NCBI GenBank assembly: GCA_964016885.1
Contig: OZ024743.1
Location: 164,176,001-164,240,000, forward strand
Source: Eledone cirrhosa
Lineage: Eukaryota
Reading direction: 5' to 3'
Length of the DNA: 64,000 nt
The notes under the pieces were generated by a model. The model saw only the letters and a program-made list of their open reading frames with translations, searched no databases and was not told the origin of the DNA. The first letter of the stretch is position 1; each line of letters starts with the position of its first letter. Below, one piece after another: positions 46,200-60,364 of this stretch. A program made the translations under genes and the position numbers.

Positions 46200-47071
46200 C
46201 CAGGTTTTACTGTAAACCTTTCATGAAGCAACCATACTTCATTGGATGTGCAATGTAAATATGAGGGAAAGGCAGAGCTTGGATGAACTAAGGGAGAAGC
46301 TGGATTTAAGAGGAATCTGAGTTGGTGTACAAAAGAGAAGATTGTATTGATACGGACATGTGATGAGCATGAGTGGAGAATTACCAGGAAATACCAGTGG
46401 AAGGAATCTATAATAGAGGTAGACTGAGGAAGACCTGTGCAGAAATGGTGAGAACTGACCTCAAATTGCTGAGAATCGCAGAGGAGATGACAAAGAAATG
46501 TGGCGAGTGGAGAGTTGCTGTGCTGAGAAGGACCCATCCAACCCATGCTAACTATATATATATATATATATATATAGTAATAATAAATATGAAGACCAAA
46601 ATCCAAAGAGGACTCAATAAAGGTTGCTCCGACCTCACACACTTACACCTCACCAAGACAATGTCACTGGACCGAGACCTTTGGCGGTACTCAGTAATAG
46701 AGAAGACCCGCCTTGCCAGTAGGCATCTCTAACAAAATACACCCCCCCACCCCATCCACACCACCCCGTTCTATGTAAAGTTATGTTGGTGCCGCGCCAT
46801 CCAGGCCGAAACAAATGAGATCGTGTAGGTGTCACGACAAAAAAACACACAGTCCACGCTGTAATGTGGCCGTGTAGGCAACACGGTAAAAACCTCCCAG
46901 ACCCACACTGTAAATGTGGTTGGTGTTAGGAAGGGCATCCAACTGTAGAAAACCTGCCAGACAGTCCTATGCGAGCAAGAAAATCACTCTTGCCTCAAGT
47001 GGGACTACCCCCGTCCAAACCCATGCAAGCGTGGAACACGGACGTTAAACGTTGATGATGATGATGATGAT
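46200..47071 (+). mobile_element. Old RTE 3' fragment (46200-46550) followed by a young RTE-A 3' end (46628-47071)
   Basis: GRLRKTCAE motif; 46628-47071 is nearly identical to 8978-9432. Confidence 0.85.
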
Positions 47072-47080
47072 ATAAACCAA

Positions 47081-47967
47081 TATTTATTATTAGTACAGAG
47101 TAAAACTTTTAGCAAACAATTTCTGCTTTCACCTAAAGCGGGATCATCAGAAACTGAAAATATCAACCTTGTAGATGCAGAAGTAAATAGTAAAAAAAAT
47201 ATTACGTCCAAATATTGGCTTTAGAAAATAGAAAGACATAACAGTAATATGTGGGGTCATTCTCTTGAGATGAGCAAAATGTATGCAAGGAAAAAATCCA
47301 TTAGAGGGCACATCATTTCTCTGTCACATTTGCTGTAGACCGTGCAAATCTGCAGCTGAACTTAAAAGCCACCTAAGAGGCCATGAACGGATGTTTGGAG
47401 TTGGTGATGGTTGATGAGAGTTCATAGGGAGATGGCAATCATCTGCAAAGATGAAGCAATCACCATATATATGAATATACATACGTATATGTGTGTATAA
47501 TTTTTATGCACTGTATTTTTGTTAATGCATGCATCCACATCGTTCCAAGTATACTCTTGTATGAGCCTAAATCCGAAACCATTATTATTAATATTTTCAT
47601 TATCATTATTTTTACTATTATTAATATCTTTAGTATCTTTGTTTAATCATATCACTGCTATTAATATCATTTTCCATATATGGTAGCTGGACATTATTCA
47701 GTTATTCTAAAAAGAACATTAGTCTCCTGATTTTTTTCATAGTAAGTCTTTGTTCTTCCCGCTTCACCTAATGGCGTAATTCTCCTTGCATACATTTCAC
47801 CGTATCTCAAGAGAATGTCCCCACGTATTACTGTTAAACCCAATATTTGGACATAATATTTTTTTTTATATTTACTTCTGCATCTGCAGGTTGATATTTT
47901 CAGTTTCAGATGATCCTGAAAGCAAAGATTGTTTGCTAAAAGTTTTTATCTGTACTAATAATAAATA
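47081..47967. mobile_element. Older inverted-repeat unit (about 200-bp arms) with decayed outward-facing hammerheads
   Basis: 47081-47291 pairs with 47783-47967; minus strand 47117-47156 reads CAGTTT-CTGATGA-t-CC-cgcttta-GG-t-GAAA-gcag-AAATTG. Confidence 0.7.
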
Positions 47968-50525
47968 AATGTGTGAGTGTGTCTATGGCCATGCTTGTAT
48001 TTGTACTTATTGTTTGTTTATATTCCGTAAATTAGTGTTTTAACAAAAAGAGATTCATAAAATAACTATTAAAGTTGAAAAAATAAGTACCACTAAATCC
48101 CTTGAAAGTGGTACCTCATCATGGCTACAGTCTAATCATTGAAACCAGTAAAAAATATATAAAATTAATTACAGCACTATGTCTATGAATTAATATAATC
48201 CTACAAGGTACCTTTTTGATATTGGCTTGCCTGAAACTGTCCCTAATTCTGGTGCCATGATAAAATGCATCTAGTATACTCTATAAAGTGATTGGCATTA
48301 AGAAGGACTTGAACTGAAGAAACCATGCCAAATAAAGGGTTAAGAGGACTTTTCAGTTGTGTTAAGGTAATGACAACCATTTTAGTGCTGATACCACCAT
48401 AGAATAGACCCAGTTCATTCTGTAAAGTGATTGGCATTAGGAAGGACATTTTGCTGTTGAAACCATGCCAAATAAAGGGTTGAGAGGACTCTTCAGTTGT
48501 GCGAAGGACATGACAACTTCTTTAGTGCCGATGCCACAATAGAATAGACATAGGTAAGCAAGAGGAAATCTCCTGATTGAGTACTGACTAGTTCTGTGAC
48601 CGTCTGTCCATGGAAAGAAGGATGTTAAATGATGATATGTTATATTCATCAGAGATAATTGATTTTCAAGTCTACAGATGAGTGGACATTATTACACTAC
48701 TTCTAATAAACTTATCACCACTAATACCACAGTCATCATCATCACCATCACCACAACCATGATACTTATAGCAATGATACAATATTAGATTATATAGGTC
48801 AAGGTGAAGATGACCAGAATTAGTATGTACTAACTACAATTAGTATTAACTACAATCAGCTAACTACAATAGTTGAATGTCAAAGACTTAATCAGGAAAC
48901 TCCTTTGAATGCAAGTTGAGGAGGTCAGCTGTCACAATAATTAACTGACCTCCTTTTTCACTAGTAGAGTGGTTTTGCACCAAACGCACACCAACATCAA
49001 CACCCTTACTATCATCATCTCTACCATCACCACTATTGCCCCCCCCCCCACACACACACACACACTTTACCCATTGGCAAACTTAATGCATAGATATATT
49101 TGGATGTACTTCTTCCTCCTCACTCCTATTAACACCACAACCACCCTATTACATTTGTTTTACACCATCACTACCGCTATGACTGCCATAATGAAATGCT
49201 TTGGAATGAAGGGTATATTATTAAATTTGTTTTTACTGGTTTCAGCCATTTCAAGTTTGGTACTTAGTTTATAAATCCATTTTAGTGACAGACACAGGTC
49301 AACATATATATATTTACTCATGTAAAAGTTGGAACCCCCATCCTATTTTTTTATTAGTAACCAATTACTATATGTGAATCAAGGAATTATGCTGAACATA
49401 AATGTTACAATGAAGAAATTCAAATTTTACTATGTCCTAATGTACACATGGTAAAATATATACAACACCTTTGGTGCCTCATTTATATGCTTTGGTATTA
49501 CTGTGTTTTGGTAGGTAGAAATATTAGTATTATTACTGTAATTTATTTTACTTTTATTTATCTGGAGTCCCTTTGGGCTTCTGCTTATTGATACATTACT
49601 TTGCATTGTAATGGGTATTTCAGCCCACCCACCCCCAAAAAGTATCCCTGTAATAGTTGACTGAATTAAACCTAAAAAAATATTCCCCCAAATTCGACTT
49701 TTATATGAGCAATACATATAGAGAACATTTGTGTGTGTACGAAAGCTCTTTTCAGTTTCCGTGCCCAAAGTTTCTCTCACAAGGTATTGATCAAACTTTG
49801 GGAATCAAGACATTTGTCTAAGGGGCCACACAGTGGGAGTGAACTCTAAACCATGAGCTGCAATGTGAACTCCTTAACCTCACAGCCATGACTGCACATA
49901 GAGTAGCCTATAATGAGGAGTGTTTCAGCAAGCTGTTTACTTCAGTAGGTCGATCATAGGGTTGTCCTTTGATAGTAATTCTTGGAGTAGTTACAATAGG
50001 TAAAAAGAGGATTAACACAGATATATGTATGTATATACATATGCATATATATATTTATATATATATATCTTTCTCCTTACCTGTAACTCTTGATGGAGTC
50101 GTAGGGGCACCATATTGACATGCAGCATTTCTTAGGCATTTTTAAACCTGGAAGAGCCCATTTCCTCTCCAGGTCTGAACACTGTGAATTTCTTCCAAGG
50201 AAGATTAGTGGAGAAAAAGGAAGTGATAAAGAGATATACAGGAAGAATCGGTCCCAGTACTATTACAATCAAAAGGATTGGAACTCAGATAGAGAGCTGG
50301 AACGAATATTGCAAAGCATTCTCTCCGATATCCTAAGGACTCTACCATTTTGCCTTATATATATATATATACACATATAAGAATTAAAATACTAGAGTAT
50401 GTTGGAGTTCAACACCCTCTTCATATTATAGAAATGACAGTAAAGGTATAGCTCAATGTAATTAAACAGAGCCGAAGAATTATGAAAATAAACCAAAGAA
50501 GCCTTCAATACATCAAAAGTCTTTA

Positions 50526-50568
50526 TTAGCCAACAATGTTTCGTCCTATTAAGGACTCATCAGGGCAA
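50526..50568 (-). ncRNA. Minimal hammerhead ribozyme (left arm)
   Basis: Mirror image of 51858-51900. Confidence 0.88.
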
Positions 50569-51857
50569 TTAAAGCCAAAAACTCAGAAGAATATGGAGTA
50601 TACATACATTAAAGCATAGGAAAATTATCGAGTAAAAATTATCAAGTAAAAATTGCTAAGGAAGTGAATAACATTTTGAACCATATTACAAATATAGTAC
50701 AATGCAAAAACTAAAGCTAAACAAAGGTGGTGATACAAAGCGAGAATTATTGTACTATATATAATATAATATAATATAATTGATAATGATAATAATAATA
50801 ATAATAAAAGGCCCAATATACATATATATATATATATACATATGTACACATATATACATATATATCAATACACATTTCCATCAATACAAGCACAAACTAA
50901 CACTTATTAAGAGTTTAAATAAGAATAAGAATAAAAATAAAAATATAATACATATATTATTTACAGTATAAAATGAAGAGGAAATGAGTAAAAGTAAACA
51001 TATTTATATATGATATACTATATAATTATATAATTATATAGTTGATAATCTCCGGTTAATTTGCACAAACAATATAAATGTTACAATAACACTATAATAA
51101 CAATATTATAATATATTGGCATATAACTTAACAAATCATATAGAGTTACAGACAGGGTGAGAAAAAATATCGTACAGCACTAAATTATGTTGAAAAAATT
51201 TTGCTGGAAAAATATTACCAATGCAAGAAAACAGATGGAGGTCAAGTTTTTATACAATTAGTATAAATAAATATTATCAACTATATAATTATATAATTAT
51301 ATAGTATATTATATGTTTACTTTTACTCATTTCCTTTTCATTTCATACTGTAAATAATATATGTATTATATTTTTATTTTTATTTTTATTTTTATTCTTA
51401 TTCTTATTCTTATTCTTATTCTTATTTTTATTTTTATTCTTATTCTTATTCTTATTCTTATTTTTATTTATATTTAAACTCTTAATAAGTGTTAGTTTGT
51501 GCTTGTATTGATGGAAATGTGTATTGATATATATGTATATATGTGTACATATGTATATATATATATGTATATTGGGCCTTTTATTATTATTATTATTATT
51601 ATTATTATCATTATCAATTATATTATATTATATTATATATAGTACAATAATTCTCGCTTTGTATCACCATCTTTGTTTAGCTTTAGTTTTTGCATTGTAC
51701 TATATTTGTAATATGGTTCAAAATGTTATTCACTTCCTTAGCAATTTTTACTTGATAATTTTTACTCGATAATTTTCCTATGCTTTAATGTATGTATACT
51801 CCATATTCTTCTGAGTTTTTGGCTTGTATTGGCCGATAGTGCTTCTTATAGCTTTAA

Positions 51858-51900
51858 TTGCCCTGATGAGTCCTTAATAGGACGAAACATTGTTGGCTAA
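51858..51900 (+). ncRNA. Minimal hammerhead ribozyme (right arm)
   Basis: ttGCC / CTGATGA / GTCC-ttaata-GGAC / GAAA / CATTG / TT / GGCtaa; canonical G10.1-C11.1 pair; AATAAA follows. Confidence 0.88.
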
Positions 51901-52814
51901 TAAAGACTTTTGATGTATTGAAGGCTTCTTTGGTTTATTTTCATAAAATATATACACATATATATATATACACATATATATGATTTGTAATCTTTCCAGT
52001 CCTCACACCATAAACATTTCATATATATGCATGAAATTCCATTGTCCAGGTGGCTCATGAGGAAGGTAAATGCTTTTGTTCATTTGTCCCTGGTAAATCT
52101 TTTTTTTTTATCTGTGTGCCGTGTGCAACTTTGTTACCATCATCATCATCAGCGTTTTATGTCAAATTTTATTCTTGCCACATGGTTTCCTTGGGCAAAT
52201 GCCCACTACTATCACCTCTGGTTGATCAATATCTTGTGAATGAAATTTGATAGTTAGACTCTGTGTAGAAGCCCATCGTATATGTGTGTATATCCTGAGT
52301 CTTAGCTGTTTGACAAAAAGAGATTGATAAAATAAGACTTCAAAAATAAGTTGGTGCCTCAGCATGGCCACAATATTATGGCTGAAACCAGTTAAAGGAC
52401 AAGAGAAGAATTACCGTTTTATATTTAATAGATTAACTTGTTGTTGGTCTGAGGTGTGGTTGAGATCGATACTAAGGACACTATATTATGAGGTTCAAAG
52501 CTACATCTACTTGAAGGGAGTACTTTATCTGATTATTTGAGATATTGCTCAAGCTAGGTTGTCTTAATGTCCATGGAGAGGTTTATCTCATTCACTCAAC
52601 GTCATAATCACTGATGCTAAGTGTAAGCTTTAAAAAGATATTGGACAAAGTAAGATGCTAGTGTTGATATACCCTTAACCCTTTTAATACCCAACTGTCT
52701 AAAACTACCCTTGGTTCTAAGATACTAAGTTTATTTTAAAGTTTTATTTATCTAAAAATCCTTCATCATAATCTTAAGTATGATCCTTTGTTAAGTTATG
52801 TTCTAAATTCCAGC

Positions 52815-53019
52815 TTAACCCTTAAGCATTCACATTACTCTATATATACTATTATATTTTCATGGTAAATGCTTTATCTCACATAATATCGAATCTACGA
52901 GAATTTGAAAGTATTTATTTTGAGAACAATACCTTAACATCAGTTTGAGTGACCAGTTACAGCCAGTTTCAACAGAAAAAGGTAGAAAATTTTGGCCGGT
53001 TTGAACATTAAAGAGTTAA
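52815..53019. mobile_element. TTAA-flanked MITE (piggyBac-like ends); related inverted copy ends at 56873
   Basis: TTAA-CCCTTAAGCATTCA...TGAACATTAAAGAG-TTAA; internal sequence shared with about 56760-56873 on the minus strand. Confidence 0.7.
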
Positions 53020-53312
53020 TGAGAAACTTATTTATATTACTAAATCCATTCAAATTCTTGATTATTTTCAAATATTTTTAATGTCAACTATATTTTACAA
53101 ACCAAAGTTATACAATGATGGAAAACAGTAAAAAAAAAATGAAAACAACATTAAGTAATTAAAAAGGGGGCGGGGGTAAAGGAAAGCATGTCCGACTATA
53201 TAGGAAAGTAAAGGAAAGGACTATAAATGCCATAAATGAGAAGAAAAGGAGGGAAAGGGCAAGGACTATTAGGCAATGGAAGAAAGAGAGAGTGACAGAC
53301 TCTACATCTAGG

Positions 53313-53512
53313 TCAGGCGGTGTATGTATGGGGTCCAAGGACACCTGAGGTCTCAACAGCAACCAGTGCAAAGAGACAGCAGCTGGACAAGCCCCAGTAT
53401 TTGCTTGTCTTCCTGTCCTCTGCATTGTGGGCTGCAGTACCAGGGTTTGTAGCAGAATCAAATAAGTTGGAGGCAGAGAACATGTTGCATCCCATTTCAT
53501 TAGAACCATGGT
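53313..53512 (-). pseudogene. CRE-clade non-LTR retrotransposon restriction-like endonuclease fragment
   Basis: WDATC followed after a frameshift by ATNPGTAAHNAEDRKTSKYWGL...FALVAVETSGVLGP. Confidence 0.7.
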
Positions 53513-54244
53513 AAAAAAAGGGTTTAAAGTATATCTAATAAGTATACAACTCTTAACATCCTGTAATGATTCAGCAGAAACTATCTAAAAATGTGTTTCT
53601 TAATTTTAATGTTTATAGCAGCCTTACTTGTGGATAGATCATTGTGTAAATATTTTCAGTATTAGAGTATAGACTTCAGTTTTTAATGTGATACTGTCAG
53701 TGATATTTTGTACATTTTAAAAATGTCTTGCTAATGTGGTTTCATGGTGTATAATAACATGAAGCAAAACACTTTTCATTGAATTTACTGGTCTTCCAGT
53801 TTCATGAAGCCAAGCAAGTAGCATTTTTTTCTTGCCCGTGGACATAGCATTTAACCTATGTATTTCAACTCATGACCTACAGGTCAAAGACTACTTGAAT
53901 TAGGCATAAAATATTTTGCTGAGGCAGCACCTTTCAGCATAACTAAACTGTGTTAATCTTAGCACAGAAATATAATCTTTTAAGAGCATAATGTCGTTAA
54001 TCTGTCAGTGGTATATAATAATAAAACATGGAAGCTTAGTGTTTCAAGGTAAAGGAAATGGGATGTAGTATTCTTTATACACTACCTCCAAAGGCTATTT
54101 AACAAGCTAACTGAACCTCCACTAACTAGGCATGCAAGCTGTGATTTATACTTGGTGCATCAAATACTTACCATTGTACATTGCTTTTAGCAGCACTACT
54201 ATCACCACCACAACATCTTCAAGAACAAGAATCATGATAATTAT

Positions 54245-54905
54245 TTCTAATTTAGGCACAAGGCCAACAATTTATAGGGAGGAGGAGAAAATCAATTACA
54301 TTGACCTCTGTTCATCACTGGTACTTTATTTTATCGACCCCAGAAGGATGAAAGGCAAGGTTGAGCTCAGCATGATTTGATCTCAAATGTAAAGGATGTA
54401 ACTAAATGCTTCAAAGCATTTTATCCAACGCTCTAACAATTCTGCCAATCCTAATATAATAACCCTACACTCATAATCATATTAATAACTGTTATTTGCA
54501 TTTGCACAAGATTACAACTTTGTAAGATAAAGATTATAGCCAATTGAATTAACCTGCATACTGCTACCTATTTTATTGACCTATAAAGGATGATAGTTAA
54601 AGTCAACCATAGTGGGATTTGAACTCAGATGTGGAATGAGGGTGTAGAAGGTGGGAGTAAAAGACATTTAGTACACAATTTCACAGATCCATGGTGGCAA
54701 ATTGGCAGAGATGTTAGAACATTGGTATTTGTTCTGGCTATCTGTGCTCTGAGTTCAAACCTCACTGGGGTCACCTTTGCCCTTGTCCTTTTGGAGTTGA
54801 TAAATAAAGTACCAGTGCAGAGGAAGTGAATTGGAGGAATTGTTAGAGAGTTGCACGGGATGCTTTACAGTATCTGATCTGATTTGGTATGTTCTGAGTT
54901 CAAAT
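54245..54905. mobile_element. Cluster of diverged Nin-like SINE copies on both strands
   Basis: ctggtactttattttatcgaccccagaaggatgaaaggc (minus), gagttcaaacctcactggggtcacctttgcc (plus), ttctgagttcaaat. Confidence 0.75.
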
Positions 54906-56869
54906 TTCACTTCCTTCTGCCAGGAGTTGCAATCGGGGGATAATATCAGCAATGGGAAGACCAATGGAAATATTGTTTCTGTTGTCTGATCTGATGACCA
55001 GCTCTTATTAGATTTATACACTCTATGGAAACTTTAAAAAAACATAACTGAAAATAGTGTTGTCTAGAAGTAGAAGAAAGCATGTTGATTCTTCCACTAC
55101 TAACATAGATATTTTATTAGTGTCTGTAATATAAATGGCCAACTATGTCCTTTCATATCAACTTGATTGGGAACACCTCATGTTCATCAATATAAAACCT
55201 CTTTTAAAGTGTTCATCATCACCATCATGGTTTTTCTATGCTGGAATAGGTTGGGCTATTTCAAATAGTATCCTGTGGCTAGATGAATGACCATTCTGAT
55301 GCCAACTCTTATCTTTAAGTAAGATTCTTATTCCACTGGTCTTCACATGTTGAATCACTGAGCTGCAGGATATAAACAAATGTCAGCAGCTTTTATGATG
55401 ATGTGTATATATGTGTTCACACACACAATGTGCCACCCCTCTTCCTTGTGTCTGCTCTCACATTGTACCCTCCACCTACACTCCACACCTACTTCCTATT
55501 CACTTGCACACCACCACACATTCACTATCCCCTGCACCGCAGCCAATTTCACCAACACTCACATTCACGCATGCACCAGCACATATCAATACACATACAC
55601 CTGCACAAATGCATACACACAGACAATGACAATACACAGATGCACACCTAAACCACTAGACTGAAAACATATCTGAACAGTCACACACACACAGTCACTC
55701 CAACACACATACACCTGAACAGGCACAATTGCATATATATACATACAAATGCATGCATATACTCACACAAACTCAAACACACATATGTAGACACAACACA
55801 TATCCCAACAGGCATACATGCATACACACACACACATAACAGACCAAAAATAAAAGCAATGCATGGACAAAACTAAACATGCGCACATACAGACATATAT
55901 CCCAATGGGACATGTCATCATCACTAACAAAATATATACCACTCCAACACGCATACACATCAGAAGTAAAAACAAAACATACACATCTCTTCTCACATTG
56001 ACCTTCAAGGACAAACTCTTTGAATTCTGTCAGCCAAATCTATGGTATTGACACACCCTAGTCATCATCCTTAGTGAGATACACATCCCACCACTCACAC
56101 CCTTGCTTTATATTCATCTGCTGGCTGAGACATAGCTTTCAGAAGACCACCACAATTTTTTCCTTTGCATGGAATACATACATTCTCAACACTACTTCTG
56201 AAGCCCAATAACTGAAATTTGACATAGAATACAGGTTTTGGGATATCACCTCTCATATGGTGTGCACATACACATGCATACACATGCTATTAAGAACATA
56301 GACTAAAACACACATGCAACCAAACAGACACACACACAAAATAAAAGCAACTACATGCACACACAAAATGCATCTCATCTGCACGCACACATCAGGACCA
56401 ATTATGAACCTGAAGACACTACAACCACCTCGAACAGTCCCTCTTCCCACACCCCAGCATTCTGGACTCCTTGCCATCCCCACCCTCCGTCACCCATCCC
56501 AACACCTCCCACTTTTCTTCAAACTCCCAGCTTCTGCTTTCTCCTAATTTTACTCTTCCCTAAAAAGAAGGATGTTAAGTGTAAAAGCCAAATTTGCTAT
56601 CTTCAATTCAGTATTCGTGCCAACCCTTATCTTGGGTAATGACAGAAAGAATACAATTGTGAATATAAGCAGACAAAATGGGATTCCTTTGAAGAGTCTT
56701 TTGGAGTAACATTACTCGATAGAGTGTGTAGTTCAGAGATCAGTGAATCACTCCAGCTAGTGTTTTCAAAATAAATAATATCAAAATCTCATAGAATCGA
56801 TATTATGTGAAATAAAGTGTTTACCATGAAAAAAAATAGTAAATATAGAGTAATGTAAATGCTAAAGGG

Positions 56870-57229
56870 TTAAGGAAAACTATGAAGTTTCATTTACATA
56901 TACAGGTAATACCATTATAACAAATTTTTCAGTATAACGATATTTTTTTTTTCGTCATGGTCTTTTTAATCCCCAAACAAATGTTTGATGCGTTTCTGTC
57001 AATCTCGTTATAAAGAATTTTTCATTACAACTTTTTTTTATACCCCGTGAATTTCGTCATAATGAAATTTCACTGTAGTTGGTTTTTAAATCAGCTGTCT
57101 GAAGAGCAGATCAATAATGGAGTTGGTTCCATAACTTTTATTAGTAACTTTGAGCCAATCCTCTGTGAAACATGCGATACACAATAAAATACTAACTACA
57201 TGTAAACAAAACTTCATAGTTTTCCTTAA
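56870..57229 (+). mobile_element. Small inverted-repeat unit with decayed hammerhead, interrupted by a TA-flanked MITE (56903-57075)
   Basis: ttaaggaaaactatgaagttt / aaacttcatagttttccttaa; CTGAAGA-GCAGA...TCTGT-GAAA-CATG at 57099-57174; MITE ends TA|CAG...CTG|TA. Confidence 0.6.
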
Positions 57230-57298
57230 TATATACACTCTGCCTCTGCATTGAGTGCTTACTTTGGTACCACTACCAGTAATTCACTGAATCACATA

Positions 57299-57334
<36 letters not shown>

Positions 57335-57376
57335 GAAAATGAAGAATCAGTGATGCATCGGAACACTCAATTTATT

Positions 57377-57469
57377 ACGTATTACAATTGTTTCTCTGGC
57401 GAACAGCTCGAGGTGCGATCTGTTTGTGGATCGAACCTGACTCTGGATTCGCAAGTTCCTCAGATACGT
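57377..57469 (-). ncRNA. Hammerhead ribozyme in the inverted pLTR, long stem II
   Basis: ACGTAT / CTGAGGA / stem II closed by GCGAA...TTCGC with inner AGGT-CGATC/GATCG-ACCT / GAAA / CAATTG / TA / ATACGT; AATAAA follows. Confidence 0.85.
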
Positions 57470-57859
57470 CTGGTGATTTCGAAGCAAATTCTCTTTCTGC
57501 AGGGCTCCGACCTTTCGAGTCTATATCATCTGCCTTCATCCTGTTTGCACGGCCCTTAGATTGGTCGATGGTTCGTGACATCATCATAGTGCTTGACCAC
57601 TGAAATCTGCCCACTGGCCATCTCCATTCAGGTGTGAACTGTCACTCACCCCAATCCCATCGGCAAAATTACTGCTGTGTTTAGTAGTAGAGTTTTTATT
57701 ATTTCCCATGCCAATTCTTTGCTTGGCAGCCTCCCCATACATATACATCCACACGCACATGTGGTCACACCTATGTAGAGGCATTCCGAGCCATTAATCG
57801 TACACTTATCTGTGTGGACCTACACGCTCACACTCACACACATAGTGCTTGCGTTCACA

Positions 57860-60364
57860 AAACTGGGTATGTATACATGCTTGACCACATTATATATAAC
57901 GATTGCATCGGGAAAGAGGTTAGGCGAAACTATAGGACCACAGGACAGGACAACCTTGATAGCATCAACGCCACGGCCAAAAAAATAATGACAGGACTAG
58001 AAATAGATGAAAGGACAGAACCCTATGTACCCAGAAAACCGAGGATATCCATTAAGGATCACAAATTAGACTTTAGAACAAATCTCCCCTTTTGGTTAAT
58101 AGCACCCTCCAAATCAGACCTAGGTAGGGCCAGTAAGAATATCATAGATAGGATACTACCAGTACTTAGGACTTAGCTTATGGACCTCCACCAAAGAGGT
58201 AATAGACTGGTTCTCACTATTGGATAGCAAACATCTGGTAAATTTCATTCAGTTGGACATAGCAAATTACTACGTGTCCATATCACCAGTAATCGTGAAT
58301 AAGGCCCTCATGAGCGCCATGGCTAAGTCCAACCTCCCTCGAAGGGAATTAAACATCATAATAGCAACGAGAAAGACGTTAATTAGGTTCGACAATAAAT
58401 TATGGGAAAGGAGGGACAGACCCAATAGATTTGATATTACAATGGGGTCGAGTGACTTAGTGTAGGTGACGGACTTCTCCAAAGGCTATCGGACGAGATT
58501 GCAGGGATCGGCGGAGGAATATGTAGAGACAACGCACTATTTACCTTCTGCTCCCTAAACCCCAACCAGCTGGAGCGTATGAAGAAGCGCATATCGCATT
58601 TTTTTAAACAGCACGGCTTATCCGTGCTGATAGATCCTAGCACTAAGACGGTGAATTTCCTAGATGTAACTCTAGAACTGAATACGGGCATACACCGGCC
58701 TTACCACAAGCCCAACGAGAACCTCCAATATGTAAAGAGGCACTCGAACCACCCCTAGTCCGTTATAGACGCCATAGTAAAAGGGATATCCGAACGCGTA
58801 TCCACCGTGTCGGCTAACGCAGACGTGTTTAACCAGGACGCTGATTATTATAATGAGACACTGTGCAGGGCCGGTTACACAGAAACCATAGTGTACTTCC
58901 CACACAGGGAAAGGCCCTGCAGCAAGGAACACACATATGAGGATAGCAATAGTACTTCCATAGGTAGGCAGAACACCCGGGAACGCGAATCTAAGAATAG
59001 GGCTAGCAATATAGATTACCGCAAGGACACAAAACTGATACTAAGACAGACGAAGGCACACATGGACGATAGACCACAAGTACACGCAGACAGAATCTCA
59101 ACACAAACACAATACGCGATGGGGGGAACTAGAACTAGTGACAGAGTAAAGGCAGCTCTGGATGTGGAACCAGATAGGGGGAATACCCGGATCAATAACA
59201 TAGGCATAGCCCCGACAGTAGCACCAGATAGCAATAATGGGACTACCAGTAGGGCCGACACTATAGAAAAGAATATTTTAGTAAGCGAACGGTGTAATCC
59301 TGACGCACATCGTAGCTATATGGATAGCGGTAACATAGGGGATGATCTAACGGGTAGACACGACTGGGGGGGGGGGGGGGACACACCTGACCCACCACAC
59401 ACTACTACTACTACTACACACAGACGACAGAATAGGACTAGGTCTAAGACTATTACGTGGTTTAACGCCGTATTCGAAGCATATTTGCAACAATGTACCA
59501 GGCCTTTTCTTCAGAGCGTTGGACGAGTGCTTCCCGCCATCGAACAGGTACCACAGGATATTCAACCGCCACACAGTGAAGTTCTCCTTCTCCACCGCAC
59601 CTAACATGGCAGACTATATAGCCAAAAGCAATGCAGTGAACTCGACCGCCAACTACAGCAGGCAGCTGATGATCCTAGGGTGCCTGGACGACCACATGGA
59701 GACAGGGTTACCAACTATGGTCTGGACACCCACGGAAGACGCAGTACTCAACTACCAGGTGGAACTGAATGACGGAAAGGAACCCAGCGTAAGGAGTGAG
59801 CAACATAACGACCGAACATGCAACTGCAGAGTAGGCACACAATGCCCTCTGCAGGGAAGATGCCTAACGAAGGGCATAGTCTATAAATGTGTGGTTAACA
59901 CGCACAACACCAAGCTCACCTAAATCAGCGCAGCATCCACGACCTTTAAATCGAGGATGTAAAATCACACAAACTCTTTCAAGGACCGGAGCAAGAGACA
60001 CTCCACTAGGCTGGCGGACCTAATATGGGGCTTGAAGAACACCGGCACCCCGTATGATCTCAACTGAAGTATTGTTCAAGGTGCCAGTGCATATTCGGCC
60101 GGCAAGAGAAAGTGCAGGCTATGCCTGTCCAAGGCCATGGAGATAGTGAGATTAAAGAATGACACAGTCAGCCTGAAATCGGAGATTATCATGACATGCA
60201 GGCACCAGCGAAGGTACACACTCTCCGGATGGCCCCAACTAAAGCCACACAGGGAAGTGGACGTCAGTTGTGGTGGCGGCGTGGGTCCATGGGAACTGAC
60301 ACCATACCTTGATGACTATGTATGCCTGTGGGGTAGGTCGACACAATCAATGCTGCCCATTTGA
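57860..60364 (+). pseudogene. Penelope-like RT plus GIY-YIG endonuclease, multiple stops and frameshifts
   Basis: IKDHK, PSKSDLG, FIQLDIANYY, FDITMGS, GICRDN (decayed YRDD), VNFLDVTL, SNHP, ITWFN, IFNRHTVKFSFS, CNCR-CPLQGRCL, GIVYKC, KCRLCL, TCRH. Confidence 0.92.

Larger units (their letters stand above)
50480..51946. mobile_element. 1.47-kb non-coding inverted-repeat unit (about 570 and 670 bp arms) with outward-facing hammerheads
   Basis: 50480-51049 pairs with 51273-51946; the two arms give near-identical spurious ORFs (50625- and 51524+). Confidence 0.9.

Noticed and set aside
50075-50150. Possible minus-strand exon (AG...GTAAG)
   Set aside because: It is isolated, gives no recognisable peptide, and abuts a TA array like a LINE 3' end.
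60064-60068. In-frame TGA in the Naiad-type ORF as possible selenocysteine
   Set aside because: It falls at a position expected to be Trp, the visible Cys motifs use TGC/TGT, the ORF has many other stops, and I saw no convincing SECIS in the pLTR.
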